A stretch of 64,000 nucleotides of DNA, taken from the NCBI GenBank assembly GCA_051362555.1, contig CM120647.1:19320651-19384650 (forward strand), read 5' to 3'. How positions within the stretch are numbered: position 1 is the stretch's first letter; each line of letters starts with the position of its first letter. Position numbers and translations under genes: made by a program. Below, piece by piece: positions 1-12,049 of the stretch. This DNA is from Lingula anatina. Lineage: Eukaryota; Animalia; Brachiopoda. The notes under the pieces were generated by a model. That model did not search any database and was not told where the DNA came from. It saw only the letters and a list, made by a program, of their open reading frames with translations.

Positions 1-468
1 CTTCATACAACTTCACAAATATTTATACTCAATTTCTCCGTACTGATCACGCACTTACTTGTTTTCTTTTCCATTGTCTTTGCGTGATTACAAAATATTT
101 TCCATTCGCATGTTGCAAGTCACCATGCAACATTTCCTTATTAGGTAATCCCTTAGATACTTGTTTTCAATTAAAGATATCTAAAATATTATTTGGATTA
201 CTCATGCTTGGACCTTATCCAAAACTCAGCTATCATGTGATAAATAGATGATCAAAATTATTATATGTTATGAAATTAACCAATCACATTAACTGTTACT
301 GACTTTGACCTTTTCCATCTTTTTCTGACACTAAAAACATGTTCTACACTTGTTGACTCTTGGAGAAACTTAACTTACACTCAATAACTCTCTGTCCTTT
401 TACTCTTTTGATTCCGCTTTAATTGTTATCTGTGATTAGTGAAAGTGTAAGTAATTTGCTTTACAACA
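1..468 (-). repeat. 3' LTR (partial; about 62 bp should lie before the window)
   Basis: Matches 9331-9798; the only mismatch I noticed is at position 8 (c vs t). Ends ...ttacaaca, i.e. begins TGTTGTAA on the minus strand. Confidence 0.95.
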
Positions 469-482
469 TACACCCCTTCTTC
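469..482 (-). promoter_or_regulatory. Polypurine tract
   Basis: Minus-strand GAAGAAGGGGTGTA lies directly before the TG of the 3' LTR. Confidence 0.8.
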
Positions 483-2380
483 AAAAGAATTCGTCCTCGA
501 ATTCTAAAACTTTACAACATACGCTCCTTTTTCATTTTTTCTAAAGCAAAGCAAATACTAAATAACACAAAATACATAAATTTTCAAAAAGATTAAATGA
601 TAAGGTCACATATATGTCATCAATTTAAATGTTATACGCAAGTTCGTCAATTTCTGCAAAATGAAATAAAATAATAAGGAAAGAAAATAATGATTATCTT
701 CCTTAAATACTTCATTTCTACCACAGAGTTAGGCAAAAATATAACTAAGAAAAGTAATTCTATATAATTAACTTATACATATAATTAGAAACACAGTCAA
801 CATGAAACAAAAAATATAACATGAAGGAAGATACATCAAATTTATTTCACATTGTCATGTACACTTTTTTATGTGTGGCCTAAGAGCTCAGATACTTTTT
901 GTTTGTTTTCTCACGCGGATATTGAAATATATTGCTCTCTTATTATGGATATGACACACTTTATTATACAGTTTTCTCTTTCGGTTGCCATTTAAGACAT
1001 AGTATTTAGGAATGCACTACATGAGACAATAGGGCCGATCGCTCCCTGTCCAATGAACAGCACTCACCACAACGTTGCGACCAGCGCATCGCTCATGATG
1101 AAGTACATATTCATCTTCATATTTGTCCACATTGTAGCTCTCCCCTGTGATGACTATAAGATAAATATTTTGTTCATGATACTTCAATCCACGGATTTTA
1201 TAAAATCATACTGATAAATAATTAAATAGCAAAATGTAAAAATCTTCCTTAATGCATATCATCAGTTTCATGTCATCATTATTAAAAAATCAAATACACT
1301 TTTTAAATAACAAAAATCATCTGTTCAAATATTGATAACCAACAATCATAAGATCAATATGTAATATGTTTTTAACATGCAGTTACATTGTAAAGTAATT
1401 AAAATAAAGCATGTTAACAAATGATCATGGTTAAGACACAATAAAATGCTCATCATTATATATGATAGTACATATTGATTAAAAAAAATCATAATATTTG
1501 TCAAGACTTACAAGTGTCATGTTAATTCCGTGCATTTCGCACACTCTCAATAATAATAATCTGAAATGTCTGAAATCATTGAAGTAACAATAAGAATGAA
1601 TCATAAAGTCATTAATATGTTGTGATCGTATACACACTTCTTATACCAAAAGTTCACTCGCAAAGATTAATCCGTTATGTTAATTATAGACACGTGTAAC
1701 AAGTCAAGTCAAATTCAGATTGGATTAAAATTAATCTGCATTGTGATTATATGTTTCGAACTGAATATAGAAAAGTGCACAAGCATGTTTAATGCGCCAA
1801 CATGTACAATATTCGTTCTTGAATAATTTTCTGGGATAACTCATTCTAAAATAACGTTTTTTGTTTATCATAATGTTTATATTTGTCAAGCCATGCCAAT
1901 GTTTTGACAGATGTAGTCTGTAGATACAAATACTTAAATGAACTTTTCTAAATTATTATAGTTATTACTTCACTTCGTAATATGAATGAATCTGTGGTTC
2001 TAAGTTTCTTCGGCTTATTAATTTATTTTGTTGCGAAGTTTTATAATCACTACGGTAAAGTAAGCACTATATCGTTTACGTATACTTCTTTAAGTAAAGC
2101 CACTATTAGTACCAATTGCCTGACCTTGACAAACAGACCAAATTTCATCACGAGCAATAAGCTCTGTATCCCGAATAAATATTTGAGGTGAATCATCTGT
2201 AGGAAATATTTCGTCTGCTAGAATAACATCTGCCATACAAGTATAGGTTTGCTCTTAATTGTCTCTTGCTGTTTGAGCCATGTTTAGCAATCTCAAATGA
2301 TAACATATCTTTGGCAAAAAAAATGAGAAAAAAATTGTGAATATAACTGAAGAAGAGCTGATTCTGAATTTAAAGGTTCA

Positions 2381-3529
2381 CTAAATAAACCATTGTGTTT
2401 CATTGGTCGTTTTATTGTCATTTGATTTGCTGTCTTGCTCATTATTACTTTCATTCAGCCTTTCGTATTTATTGTAATCTTTAGGGTCATAATACATTTT
2501 CAATCTATTTGCATGAACAGGCGGTTTATGTTCCTTGTGTGTTTTACAATCTCTCAAATAATACGTGCACCCTGTTGATAAGATCTTTGTAATGTAATAT
2601 GGTCCTTTGTATTTAATGTACAATTTAGAACTTAATCCTTTAGGTGTCATTGGAGTATATATCCAAACTCTATCACCTACTTTATAAATCGGTTGCTTTG
2701 ATTTAAGGTCATACCTTTCTTTATACTGTTTCTGAGTTGCTTCCCTATTCTTTGTTGCAATTTCTTTTGCTGTTTCAAGGGTGTCTTTCAATTCTTTAAT
2801 GTACTGAGGTAGATTTTTATTCTCATGAGATTCAGGTATCAAGTCACTATCTAATGGCGTACGCATTTCTCGTCCAAATACTAAATAATAAGGAGAAAAC
2901 TTTGTGGACTGCGTACAAGGAGTTGCACGTAATGCCATCATTACTCCTGGAAGTATATCAGGCCAATTAGTTTGATCTTTCTCACAATATGCTCTCAAAG
3001 TTTGAGCAATTATTGAATTAGTTCTTTCACAGGCTGTGTTACTTTGTGGATGCCATGCACTAGTATGATAGCGCTTTATGTGGAATAATTTACATAACGA
3101 TTGAATAATTTGAGATAAAAAATTCTTTCCTCGATCAGAAACGAGATATGACGGACAACCATATCTTATAAACATTTCTCTGTAAAGAGTCTTGGCTATT
3201 TCTCCGGCTTCCTGAGTTTTCAAAGGTATTGCTTCAGCAAAATTAGAAAAAGAACACGTTACCAACAAAATGTACTTATATCCTTCTTTTGATTTGATTA
3301 AGGGACCTAATATATCCATGTGCATTCTTTCAAACACGCCTGCGATGGGTAAAGGATTCAAAGGTGCTGGAGCATCTCTGCGTAAATGCTTAACCTTTTG
3401 ACACACTTCACATGATTTGACGTACTCCATGACGTCTTTGTAAAGTGACTTCCAAAAATACTTATTCCTAATGGAGGCAAAAGTTCTATCACAACCTTGA
3501 TGACCACCGGCCAGTATTGGTGGTGACAT
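2381..3529 (-). CDS. pol: Gypsy integrase (part of H2C2 zinc domain, rve DDE core, GPY/F module)
   Basis: GGHQG...YFW...CEVCQ, HMDILGP, VSDRGKNF, HPQSN..CER and YKGPY motifs. The N-terminal SPPILA comes from the duplicated segment. Confidence 0.93.
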   Translation of the reverse strand: MSPPILAGGHQGCDRTFASIRNKYFWKSLYKDVMEYVKSCEVCQKVKHLRRDAPAPLNPLPIAGVFERMHMDILGPLIKSKEGYKYILLVTCSFSNFAEAIPLKTQEAGEIAKTLYREMFIRYGCPSYLVSDRGKNFLSQIIQSLCKLFHIKRYHTSAWHPQSNTACERTNSIIAQTLRAYCEKDQTNWPDILPGVMMALRATPCTQSTKFSPYYLVFGREMRTPLDSDLIPESHENKNLPQYIKELKDTLETAKEIATKNREATQKQYKERYDLKSKQPIYKVGDRVWIYTPMTPKGLSSKLYIKYKGPYYITKILSTGCTYYLRDCKTHKEHKPPVHANRLKMYYDPKDYNKYERLNESNNEQDSKSNDNKTTNETQWFI

Positions 3530-3899
3530 TAACGCTTCTTTTAGTGTTTGAAATGACGCTTCACATTCAGGACTCCATAAGAATTGTACATCTTTCCTTA
3601 AAAGTTTATTTAAGGGATCTGCTATTTTACTGAATCCTTGTTTAAAGATCTACCTCCATACGCAATAACTCTATCATGGTTGTTGTCATTCTTTTGACCT
3701 AAAATATAACCTATAGCTGTAGTAGATGCGTCCGTCGTTAGTGTAAACTCGCGCGACATATCTGGATAAGCCAGTATTGGTGGTGACATTAACGCTTCTT
3801 TTAGTGTTTGAAATGACGCTTCATATTCAGGACTCCATAAGAATTGTACATCTTTCCTTAAAAAATTATTTAAGGGATCTGCTATTTTACTGAAGCCTT
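3510..3899. repeat. 130 bp internal direct duplication (3510-3639 = 3770-3899) replacing the RNase H core
   Basis: gccagtattggtggtgacatt...gctattttactgaa occurs twice 260 bp apart with about 4 mismatches. Confidence 0.9.
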
Positions 3900-3927
3900 T
3901 TATAAATTTTCTGTAGAAGTTACACAA
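3622..3927 (-). pseudogene. pol: RT thumb/connection and RNase H N-terminus, frameshifted from the RT ORF and truncated
   Basis: NFYRKFIKGFSKIADPL, PILAYPD, LTTDAS..AIGYIL.Q and VIAYGGRSL; the frame stops before the rest of RNase H. Confidence 0.9.
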
Positions 3928-6394
3928 CCCTAAAAAAACTCCTGACGTCTCTTACAGCTTTTGGCATTGGAAATGATTTTATGGCTTCAAGATTTTTCTC
4001 ATCTGGTCTTATTCCATTTTTATCTATTACATGGCCTAAATATTTAGCTTTTGGTGTTGCAAACATACATTTTGATAGTTTAAGTCTGAGATTTGCAGAT
4101 CTTAGTTTTTGGAATACTTGATTTAAATGTTTTAAGTGCTCGTCAAACGTCTTACTCATGACCAAAATATCATCGATGTATATCAGTATTGTTTTCCAAT
4201 TCATGTCTCTAAAAATGTGACTCATTAAGGCTTGGAAGGTAACACCAGCATTACGAAGGCCATACGCTAAACGTAAGAATTGAAAGTGACCGTGGTGTGT
4301 GATAAACGCAGTCTTGTGTTTAGTTTCAGGGTCAAGAGGTAATTGCCAGTATGCACCTGCCATATCTAAACTTGAGAAATATCTAGCACCTGACGTACCT
4401 ATCGTTTCAAAAACATCTTCTAAACGTGGGAGTGGCCAATGCATAGGTTTTGTAACTTTATTTAACTTTCGGTAATCAATTGCAAATCTGTATTCTCCAT
4501 TTTTCTTTTTTACAAGTACTACTGGACTACTGTACTCACTCATGCTTTCTTCGAATATACCGTGTTGTAACATTTCGTCTACTTGTATGACAATTTCATC
4601 TTTCAGCTTCGGTGACGTACGATAAAACGTTTGTTTGACAGGGATATCATTAATTGTGTCAATCCTATGTTGATACATATTTGCTGAACCTAATTCTGAT
4701 AGATTGGTAGCAAAAACTTCACGATTACGTCCTAACAACATTTTTAATTGTTGTTTCTGATTTTCACTCATGTCTGAATCGGCAAATTTTATATTTAATT
4801 CATCTGCATTCCGCAATGCTTCTTGATCTGATAACCTATCACCTTTTTGTGCTGTATCTCCCTTTGACATTTCATTTAAAGCACTGACGCTTGCCAGACT
4901 CACTGAACTTGCAACAGCTAATATTGTTCTTTTGGAAACGAAAATACTTTCATCGCTAGGGTTCATTATTCTATAAGCGGATTTGTTTTTATCAATTGAA
5001 ACCAAACATTTTGCTCCGATAAGTTTTTTCTTTGACTCAAGCTTTCGTACTGGTTCTAGTAAAGCTACTGAAATAGAGGAAGAATGTGATATTTTCACTG
5101 GTAGTAAGCATTCACATCTGGGTGGAATAAATTCTGATTTAAAGTTACGCACTAAACCTAATACATGTGGACTATACAAAGGTAAGAGCAAATTATAATC
5201 AGGCAATGCTATGCTATCAGACGATAAATCAATTTTTACATTGTGTTTTCTTAAGAAATCTGTGCCTAATATCAAACCTCTTGGCAACTGACTAAATACG
5301 TGGACTTTATGTTTTATGATTACATCACCAAAGCAAAGAGGTAGCTCTACTTTTCCTAGAACTTTAATCACAGATCCATCAACAACTGAAACTTCTTTTA
5401 ATGACGGTTTTTCGTATGAATTTCGATCCTTTTTCCCTAATTTTGATAAGAAAGATTCCGATACACAAGATATGACTGCACCTGTGTCAACCAAAGCATT
5501 GACATGTTGTTTGTCGATTTGGATTGATACTAGATTATTAGCTTGGTAATCGGAAATAATAGAAATTGGCACTTTTCTATCTTCAATCTTGTTATAAAAC
5601 CTTTTTCTTTTTCTTAGCCGTTTGTTTACACGTGCAGAATGACAGACTTTTGCTATGTGTCCTATTTTACCACAACAATAAGAGTTAAAATTGCGAGCAA
5701 AACAATTAGTTCTAAGATGCGTGTACTCACCACATCCCTGACACATCAGCCATTTTCTTATCGGATTTCGTTGTTGAGGATAGTTCGTATGTCCAGCTAA
5801 TGTTAATTTGTACTCTGAGCGTCGCAGATACCTGCGTTGTGTCATACTTCTGGGACCTATGGTGTTGGGAGTGAATTTTCCTGGATACTCTATAGGGCTC
5901 GATCTTGGGGTTTCAAAGTTTGTTTCATTTCTGGTTTCGCTTGGTTCTTGCAATATATGGATTGCAGACTGCGCATTGGCGATGTCCTTAATTGAACTCT
6001 GAAGAGTGTCTATTTTCTCTGTTATCATTTTTATGTCATTTCGTTGACCTCTTCTCGTCGGCTGAACTGCGTTTTCTGCAATGCGCGCGTTGTGCATAAG
6101 AGAATCAAAGTCTGTGGGCTCCCTCTGCAGTACAAATGGGCGGATTTCGGGGAGTAACCCATTCATTACCACTGTAAATGCCGTCCCCTCATCTAAACGC
6201 GCACGTTTGGCGTCGTGACGCATCGACTCAATGTAACTCTGTACTGGTTCTTCTGGCAGATGTTGACGTCTGAAAAAATCTGAGGCTTTCTCCCAAGTTT
6301 CTCCGGATTTCAGTTCATATCGCTGTCGGAACTCGCGGACTAGCGATTTCCAGTCTTTTTGTACTTCCACTGTTAAACAATCGTACCAGTTTAA
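3920..6394 (-). CDS. gag-pol: Gypsy gag C-terminal part, aspartic protease and reverse transcriptase in one frame
   Basis: Zinc knuckles CQGCGEYTHLRTNC and CGKIGHIAKVC, protease LVDTGA, and RT motifs RFAIDYRKLN, YGLRNA and YIDD. Confidence 0.95.
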   Translation of the reverse strand, partial: LNWYDCLTVEVQKDWKSLVREFRQRYELKSGETWEKASDFFRRQHLPEEPVQSYIESMRHDAKRARLDEGTAFTVVMNGLLPEIRPFVLQREPTDFDSLMHNARIAENAVQPTRRGQRNDIKMITEKIDTLQSSIKDIANAQSAIHILQEPSETRNETNFETPRSSPIEYPGKFTPNTIGPRSMTQRRYLRRSEYKLTLAGHTNYPQQRNPIRKWLMCQGCGEYTHLRTNCFARNFNSYCCGKIGHIAKVCHSARVNKRLRKRKRFYNKIEDRKVPISIISDYQANNLVSIQIDKQHVNALVDTGAVISCVSESFLSKLGKKDRNSYEKPSLKEVSVVDGSVIKVLGKVELPLCFGDVIIKHKVHVFSQLPRGLILGTDFLRKHNVKIDLSSDSIALPDYNLLLPLYSPHVLGLVRNFKSEFIPPRCECLLPVKISHSSSISVALLEPVRKLESKKKLIGAKCLVSIDKNKSAYRIMNPSDESIFVSKRTILAVASSVSLASVSALNEMSKGDTAQKGDRLSDQEALRNADELNIKFADSDMSENQKQQLKMLLGRNREVFATNLSELGSANMYQHRIDTINDIPVKQTFYRTSPKLKDEIVIQVDEMLQHGIFEESMSEYSSPVVLVKKKNGEYRFAIDYRKLNKVTKPMHWPLPRLEDVFETIGTSGARYFSSLDMAGAYWQLPLDPETKHKTAFITHHGHFQFLRLAYGLRNAGVTFQALMSHIFRDMNWKTILIYIDDILVMSKTFDEHLKHLNQVFQKLRSANLRLKLSKCMFATPKAKYLGHVIDKNGIRPDEKNLEAIKSFPMPKAVRDVRSFFRVV

Positions 6395-8878
6395 AGGGTT
6401 TGCTTCATGCCGTCAGAATGGCCTGAACGGAACATATTCTTCAGAAAACATGCCCAACTAACGATATCTTAATCCAAATACACAAATTAAAAGCTCATTT
6501 TGTAAATTTTCGGCTTTAAAAAACGTCCTATTTGCTCGGCCTGGGAGTTAATGAGCTACGTGGTCACGTGGTCCAATGACGACAATCGAGCCACTGGAGA
6601 ACAGAGCGTGCTTAGCTGTCAAATTGAGCTGCATTGTCTACCTGTAAGATGACTTCTCTATCTGGCTTCTGATAAAAGTTTATACTCATTCAAATCTCTT
6701 ACCCGAGGGGTCTAAATCCTCGTGAAGCTGTGTAAAACCATTTCCCTTCTAGTCATTTCTTTAACAAGCATTTCATTATGGTTATCCCAAGTTGTATAAA
6801 ACACTGCATTTGAATGAGTTAAGGGAAATGTTGATTATTGCATATGAGGTCCATGTTATTTGTGAAATTCAATTTATTTTATTAAACCGCTGACACTCCG
6901 TCTTGCATACTTTTATTAAACTGAGGTAAACAATGCCCGTTACCTTGACAAGTCCTATCTTAATCATCCATCTAACTGGAACTTCCTTTACCTCTTAATT
7001 AGAGGGTTAAATGGCATTCAATTTGTCTTGCTTGTATCGAACGCACTCTCTATCTAAGCTTTACTCCAGTTATCTCAGGTAAAAATCTACCTGTGCGTTA
7101 GTTACAAAGCGCAGCTCCCGTAGACCTGGGGGTACTAGATAAAATCTGAACACCAGGTTTATCGAGGAGCTAGAGAAAGAAAGGAAGAATTTTTCCTGCA
7201 CAACTTCATAGGAATTTTAACACGGACTTGATCCAGCTTAGACCTCCAAACTAACAGGGTGACATGGGCAATTTTCACAAACAAATCATAAAACTATATT
7301 TCAGTTAACCGCCTTTAAAATAAATATACCGTTCTGGGTAAATTAAAATAGTTATTAAATCGCAAGAATATTTTTGACTTAAATGATGATTTTATTATTA
7401 ATGGAAATTAAGCTACTATATGAGGTACATTTGCTGTGATTATGGTACGCTGTCCTTCATGTTTTGCGTTAGTCTACATTTTGCTGTATGTGCTTGTAAT
7501 CTTTTTAAATATGTGCGTACAATTTTTGCAGGTCTGGTTACCCCCCTGTTATGTGATGAGAGTATTAATTTGGCAATTAGTTCCTTAGCTTATTTGAATA
7601 GAATTGCAGTGTAAAATTTTCAACAAGATGTTGGCGAAATAGCCCATTACTCTTTGTAGGTATTTCCCCCGTCAAAGTTTGTCTAAAATTATCTTTCAAT
7701 CTTTACTCTTTCAAAGACTGTATAAAGTTACCTGACATATTTTCGTGTAAACTTAATGACAAGCCAAGTGTCTCCAGTTCATTCCGTACTCAATTTTACC
7801 CAAGCAAATTTTTTTCTTGAGTAGATCTTTATAATAGCACGGTGTTATAAGCTTACAAATTTGCAAAAAAAAAAAAAAAAAAAAAAAATTGCGTACTGAC
7901 GCAGAATTTGCGTTTCAAGTTATAAAATGATCAATCTTTTAAATTATTTAATATTTCAGATGAAATAATCTTCAGAAACAAATCCTCAAAGCATAAACGA
8001 ATTAGGATAACGAACCATTTTATTATAGCAGTTCCCATTTTTTCTTTAATATAACGCTCTTTTTCCTGTTTTTCCTCAACACGTTTTCTTCCACGGAAGC
8101 TTCAAGATACCCTGAGAGCAATTTCTTTTATTAATGTTCGCGACCGTGTTTGAACTTAATTGTTTAAGTATTGATATTTAACGTCATTTACAAATACCAA
8201 TAAAATAACCCCATGAAATAAATGAGATATATTGAAAAATATGAAAGCCCACCAAGACGAGTTTCATACCTGTTATTACCTGGCTTGGGAATTGCAGCGG
8301 TGCATAATTAACAGGTTTGTTGTAAACGAGCTTTTGGTCAACTACAATGCATTTAAAATGCATCAGCAATCAGTAAGTTTGCCAACTGATGACAGTTAAT
8401 CTGAAAGACTACCAGCTCTTGATATGATCTAAACCACCTGAGGTGACCATGATCTAGAGCATCGCAACTATTGTCACCGAAGTTAGTAAGTAAGTCACGG
8501 AAGACCGTCACAGACAAAGAAAGATTGTCAACGAGAGCTGCAATTTTGATGAATCCCACGGCAACACACCGAGGCATAACGAAAATTCCTCAACTCCGTT
8601 CTACACAACTTTCCTTAACTTCTCCGTCTGTATGCAACATGCAGCTCAGAGTCTCATAGACCTTTATCGTGATTGTCGTCACAGTACCACGTGACCCAGA
8701 TCTGTTGCTTCATTTTTGCATATTGAGGTGAGGTTTACTAAAACGCTTTTTTTTCTACTAATAGATTGTTTTTATAATTTTTAAATGGCGGGGATCGATT
8801 AAAACATACCTCTAGTGTATAGATTGAGTGCTGTATCTTCAAAATTCGAGAAATGGATTTTTACATGAACATTGTCCT
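6395..8878. mobile_element. Non-autonomous Kolobok-like DNA transposon inserted in gag
   Basis: TTAA TSD at 6391-6394 and 8879-8882. Termini are AGG...CCT with imperfect TIRs (agggtttgcttcatg / aggacaatgttcatg). Removing it restores the gag frame (PTVL-NWYDCL). A THAP-like start, MPRCVAVG, begins at 8577 on the minus strand. Confidence 0.8.
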
Positions 8879-9131
8879 TTAACACTGTTGGATTCAGTAA
8901 GAGAGGAAATAAGGCGGTGATTTGTTCATCTTCTAGTTTTTTATACTGGGTGTAGTTTTCAAATGGATTTAACCACCTTTCTACATCTTCGTTTGCGTTA
9001 CCAGTAAACTCTTCTGGCGCTAAAGTCAAATCTGACAACATTTTCATTTTTTTTTTTTCAGTTATTAATTGTTGCTTGGGTAATGACTTTTGGCGATTTT
9101 CAATACCCAGCATACTCAGTTTTCGCTGCAC
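8879..9131 (-). CDS. gag: Gypsy gag N-terminal fragment
   Basis: PEEFTGNANEDVERWL..FE.Y...FPLLL is a typical retrotransposon capsid N-terminus and joins 6390 in frame after excision. The true start is uncertain. Confidence 0.85.
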
Positions 9132-9248
9132 TGGGGCACTGACGATGTTTGCCCTTGGGTGGATGGCATGAACCCATCGGTGTCTACGCTCCTGCTGCCG
9201 TTATCACCATAACTGTATCGCCGTTCCGCTTGCCTCTGTAGAGCGGGG

Positions 9249-9266
9249 ATCGATTTTCCTCCACCA
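9249..9266 (-). promoter_or_regulatory. Primer binding site
   Basis: TGGTGGAGG... begins 2 nt inside the 5' LTR and is complementary to a tRNA ending ...CUCCACCA (Ala-like; identity not verified). Confidence 0.75.
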
Positions 9267-9268
9267 CT

Positions 9269-9798
9269 TGTTATAGTGAGGAATGACGACAGCAGTTTGG
9301 AGCTTTCGAACGTTTATTCACCGACTCTCTCTTCATATAACTTCACAAATATTTATACTCAATTTCTCCGTACTGATCACGCACTTACTTGTTTTCTTTT
9401 CCATTGTCTTTGCGTGATTACAAAATATTTTCCATTCGCATGTTGCAAGTCACCATGCAACATTTCCTTATTAGGTAATCCCTTAGATACTTGTTTTCAA
9501 TTAAAGATATCTAAAATATTATTTGGATTACTCATGCTTGGACCTTATCCAAAACTCAGCTATCATGTGATAAATAGATGATCAAAATTATTATATGTTA
9601 TGAAATTAACCAATCACATTAACTGTTACTGACTTTGACCTTTTCCATCTTTTTCTGACACTAAAAACATGTTCTACACTTGTTGACTCTTGGAGAAACT
9701 TAACTTACACTCAATAACTCTCTGTCCTTTTACTCTTTTGATTCCGCTTTAATTGTTATCTGTGATTAGTGAAAGTGTAAGTAATTTGCTTTACAACA
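9269..9798 (-). repeat. 5' LTR, 530 bp
   Basis: tgttatag...ttacaaca, TG..CA ends with a short TGTT/AACA inverted repeat; matches 1-468. Confidence 0.95.
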
Positions 9799-10700
9799 GT
9801 ATCAAGGGAGATATGCATAGGCACTTAGGAATTTATGTGTGATTGGGGGTAGAGCTGTACCTGGTGGGTGGATGATTCTAATTTAACGTTGTCATTCCTG
9901 CCATCTCATTCTAGACCGTTTGATCGTGGAACTTAAAACTTGAGTGACTGAACGACCTAACATCATGGATGTTAATAAGCAATTCGGAATATTAATGGGA
10001 TTGGGATTGGGCTGTCCTGGGGTGAGGGATGATTCTTATTTTGCACAAAAATTCCAAATATATATCCATGTATATCCCCGATGGGGAAATGAGGAAATAT
10101 ATGATACAGTGTAGCTACCCGTCGGCATCATCTACATCTTATTGCAAAAGATACAGACTGAAAGAGTGATAAATATATGGACTGCTAATGATTTCCATAT
10201 ACATTCTCAGAGAAGTGTATCGGGCAATGTATGCATCAGTTTAATTACCTAAATATATCGTATTTGGTACAGGTTCTTGCATGATAATACTTAATAATTA
10301 TTAGGCTCTCTTTTAATACAATTATTACCAAAGATCAAGTTTTTTTACTTTCCTGAAGTTGGCTTGTCGGCATGCTGCTATGCTTCAGTCATGACAAAAC
10401 GTTTGAGCTTTTTTTAAATTTTCTGTGAGAGCTACCATAATTGCATGAGCAAATTAAACATACTTTGCATATGTCAAGGCATCGACAGGCGGACAGATTT
10501 TAATGCTATTTTGAACATTTTCTAGAACGTCTTAGAAATGAATAAACTTTACAGACTGCTCTTTCAGTTTTCACAAGGATCATTTTTGTAAAATACCTGG
10601 CATATTCACTAAATAAAATAGTTATGATATATAAAAGAGTAAATTGCTAGATTTATCTCAAGGCGGGTAAATTGGGTAAAAAGGAGAAAATCGTGTTTTG

Positions 10701-10744
<44 letters not shown>

Positions 10745-11030
10745 ATGTTAATAATTATCAAAAACGTATCTAAACACTGGATGAAATCATACTTTTTGTG
10801 TCTAGACCAAAAGCCGTGTCTTTTGATGAGTATTTCAACTGCACGTGCCCCAGGCAGACTAACTTGTAAACCACGCCCCCGTTGTTAAGGTCTTTGTTAT
10901 GAGGGGGCGGAGCAAAGTTACAGAGACCGCATTTAGATTCAGACATCAAACCAGCTGGGTCGATCCAGCTCTGCGAGGGATTCTCTCTAAGTGCTCTCAG
11001 TGAAACAAGTTTAATTGTCCGACCGAAAAT
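9799..11030. repeat. Segmental-duplication block paralogous to ~19116-20240 (downstream flank of the exonuclease gene)
   Basis: Long shared stretches, e.g. gtatcaagggaga, gcatcgacaggcg.acagattttaatgctattttgaacattttctagaacgtc and ggatgaaatcatactttttgtgtcta. Confidence 0.85.
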
Positions 11031-12049
11031 TACCGACACACTTGGCGTTTATCTTCATATGTCAGAGTGGTTATTATTTATAGAATAGCATCTGATAGCT
11101 TGTGAAATGTCGGAAGTACAGTAGTTTATTCTGGAAAATATTTGTACATCACACGTCTTATTCTAAGGTATTAGTGAAAAACCAGTCTTTCCACAAGCGA
11201 GAATCTGTAGAACTAAACAAAAACATCACTACTTACATGTGTATATACTGTATATCAAAATGTACAACTATCGGTAAGTAACAAATAATGATTATTAATG
11301 AACTTAACTCATTGATAAAGACTACATGTAGGCCTAAATGTAACCACAAAATAAAAAAAAAACATGCTACAGTGAAAAGGGTAGGTAAAGATAAAAAAGA
11401 ATACAAAGGGAGAAAATTTGACTAAGAAAACTTGAAATGGAAAGGAATTTAGAAAGAGTTAATGCTACCTAGAAATACAATTTAATCTTATTATATAGGA
11501 CTTCTGTGAGGCAGGGCCAACTACAAACGTAGCACACACATGGCTTATCTCCGGGCAAGAAAAGTGAAAGAGAAAATAAAGACCAAAAGTTTAAAGAAAT
11601 ATAATAAGAAATAAGCCTATCACTTATACTATATTTACTTACTCACTTACTTACTTGATCATTCGGGTGATTAAAAATATATTACCTTACACGGTATTTC
11701 ACGCCTTTTGATATTTCAATCACAGTTAATTACGAATAAGCTAAATCCTGCAGGAAAATCTTTAAAACCTGCATTTGTTTTGAGACAGACGAGAAGGAAA
11801 AAATGTAAGGGATGGTTATTCCGAAGCTAAAGGGGTGGGGCAGAGTCACGTGACCCATCGCCCCCAACCCTGATCCTCCATAGTTGTGTAGGTGAATAAT
11901 GGTACAGGTTAAATGTGATAGTTTTCTTCAATTTGTTTAAAATGTGTACCTGAGTATTTTTTTAATAAAGGCTGTCAAGTGTTGTACACTGAATCATAAA
12001 TGCGTTATCCACGAAAACACATTCGGAACAAAGGCTACAAGCGCTGTTA

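Larger units (their letters stand above)
1..9798 (-). mobile_element. Ty3/Gypsy LTR retrotransposon (left/3' LTR cut by window edge; internally damaged)
   Basis: Direct repeats at 1-468 and 9331-9798 (offset 9330). TG...CA LTR ends, PBS and PPT are present. Domain order on the minus strand is gag-PR-RT-(RH)-IN. Confidence 0.97.

Noticed and set aside
1982-2191. env or accessory gene of the Gypsy element
   Set aside because: It is short, antisense to the element and has no env hallmarks.
9276-9581. 101 aa ORF
   Set aside because: It lies wholly within the LTR and has no protein features.
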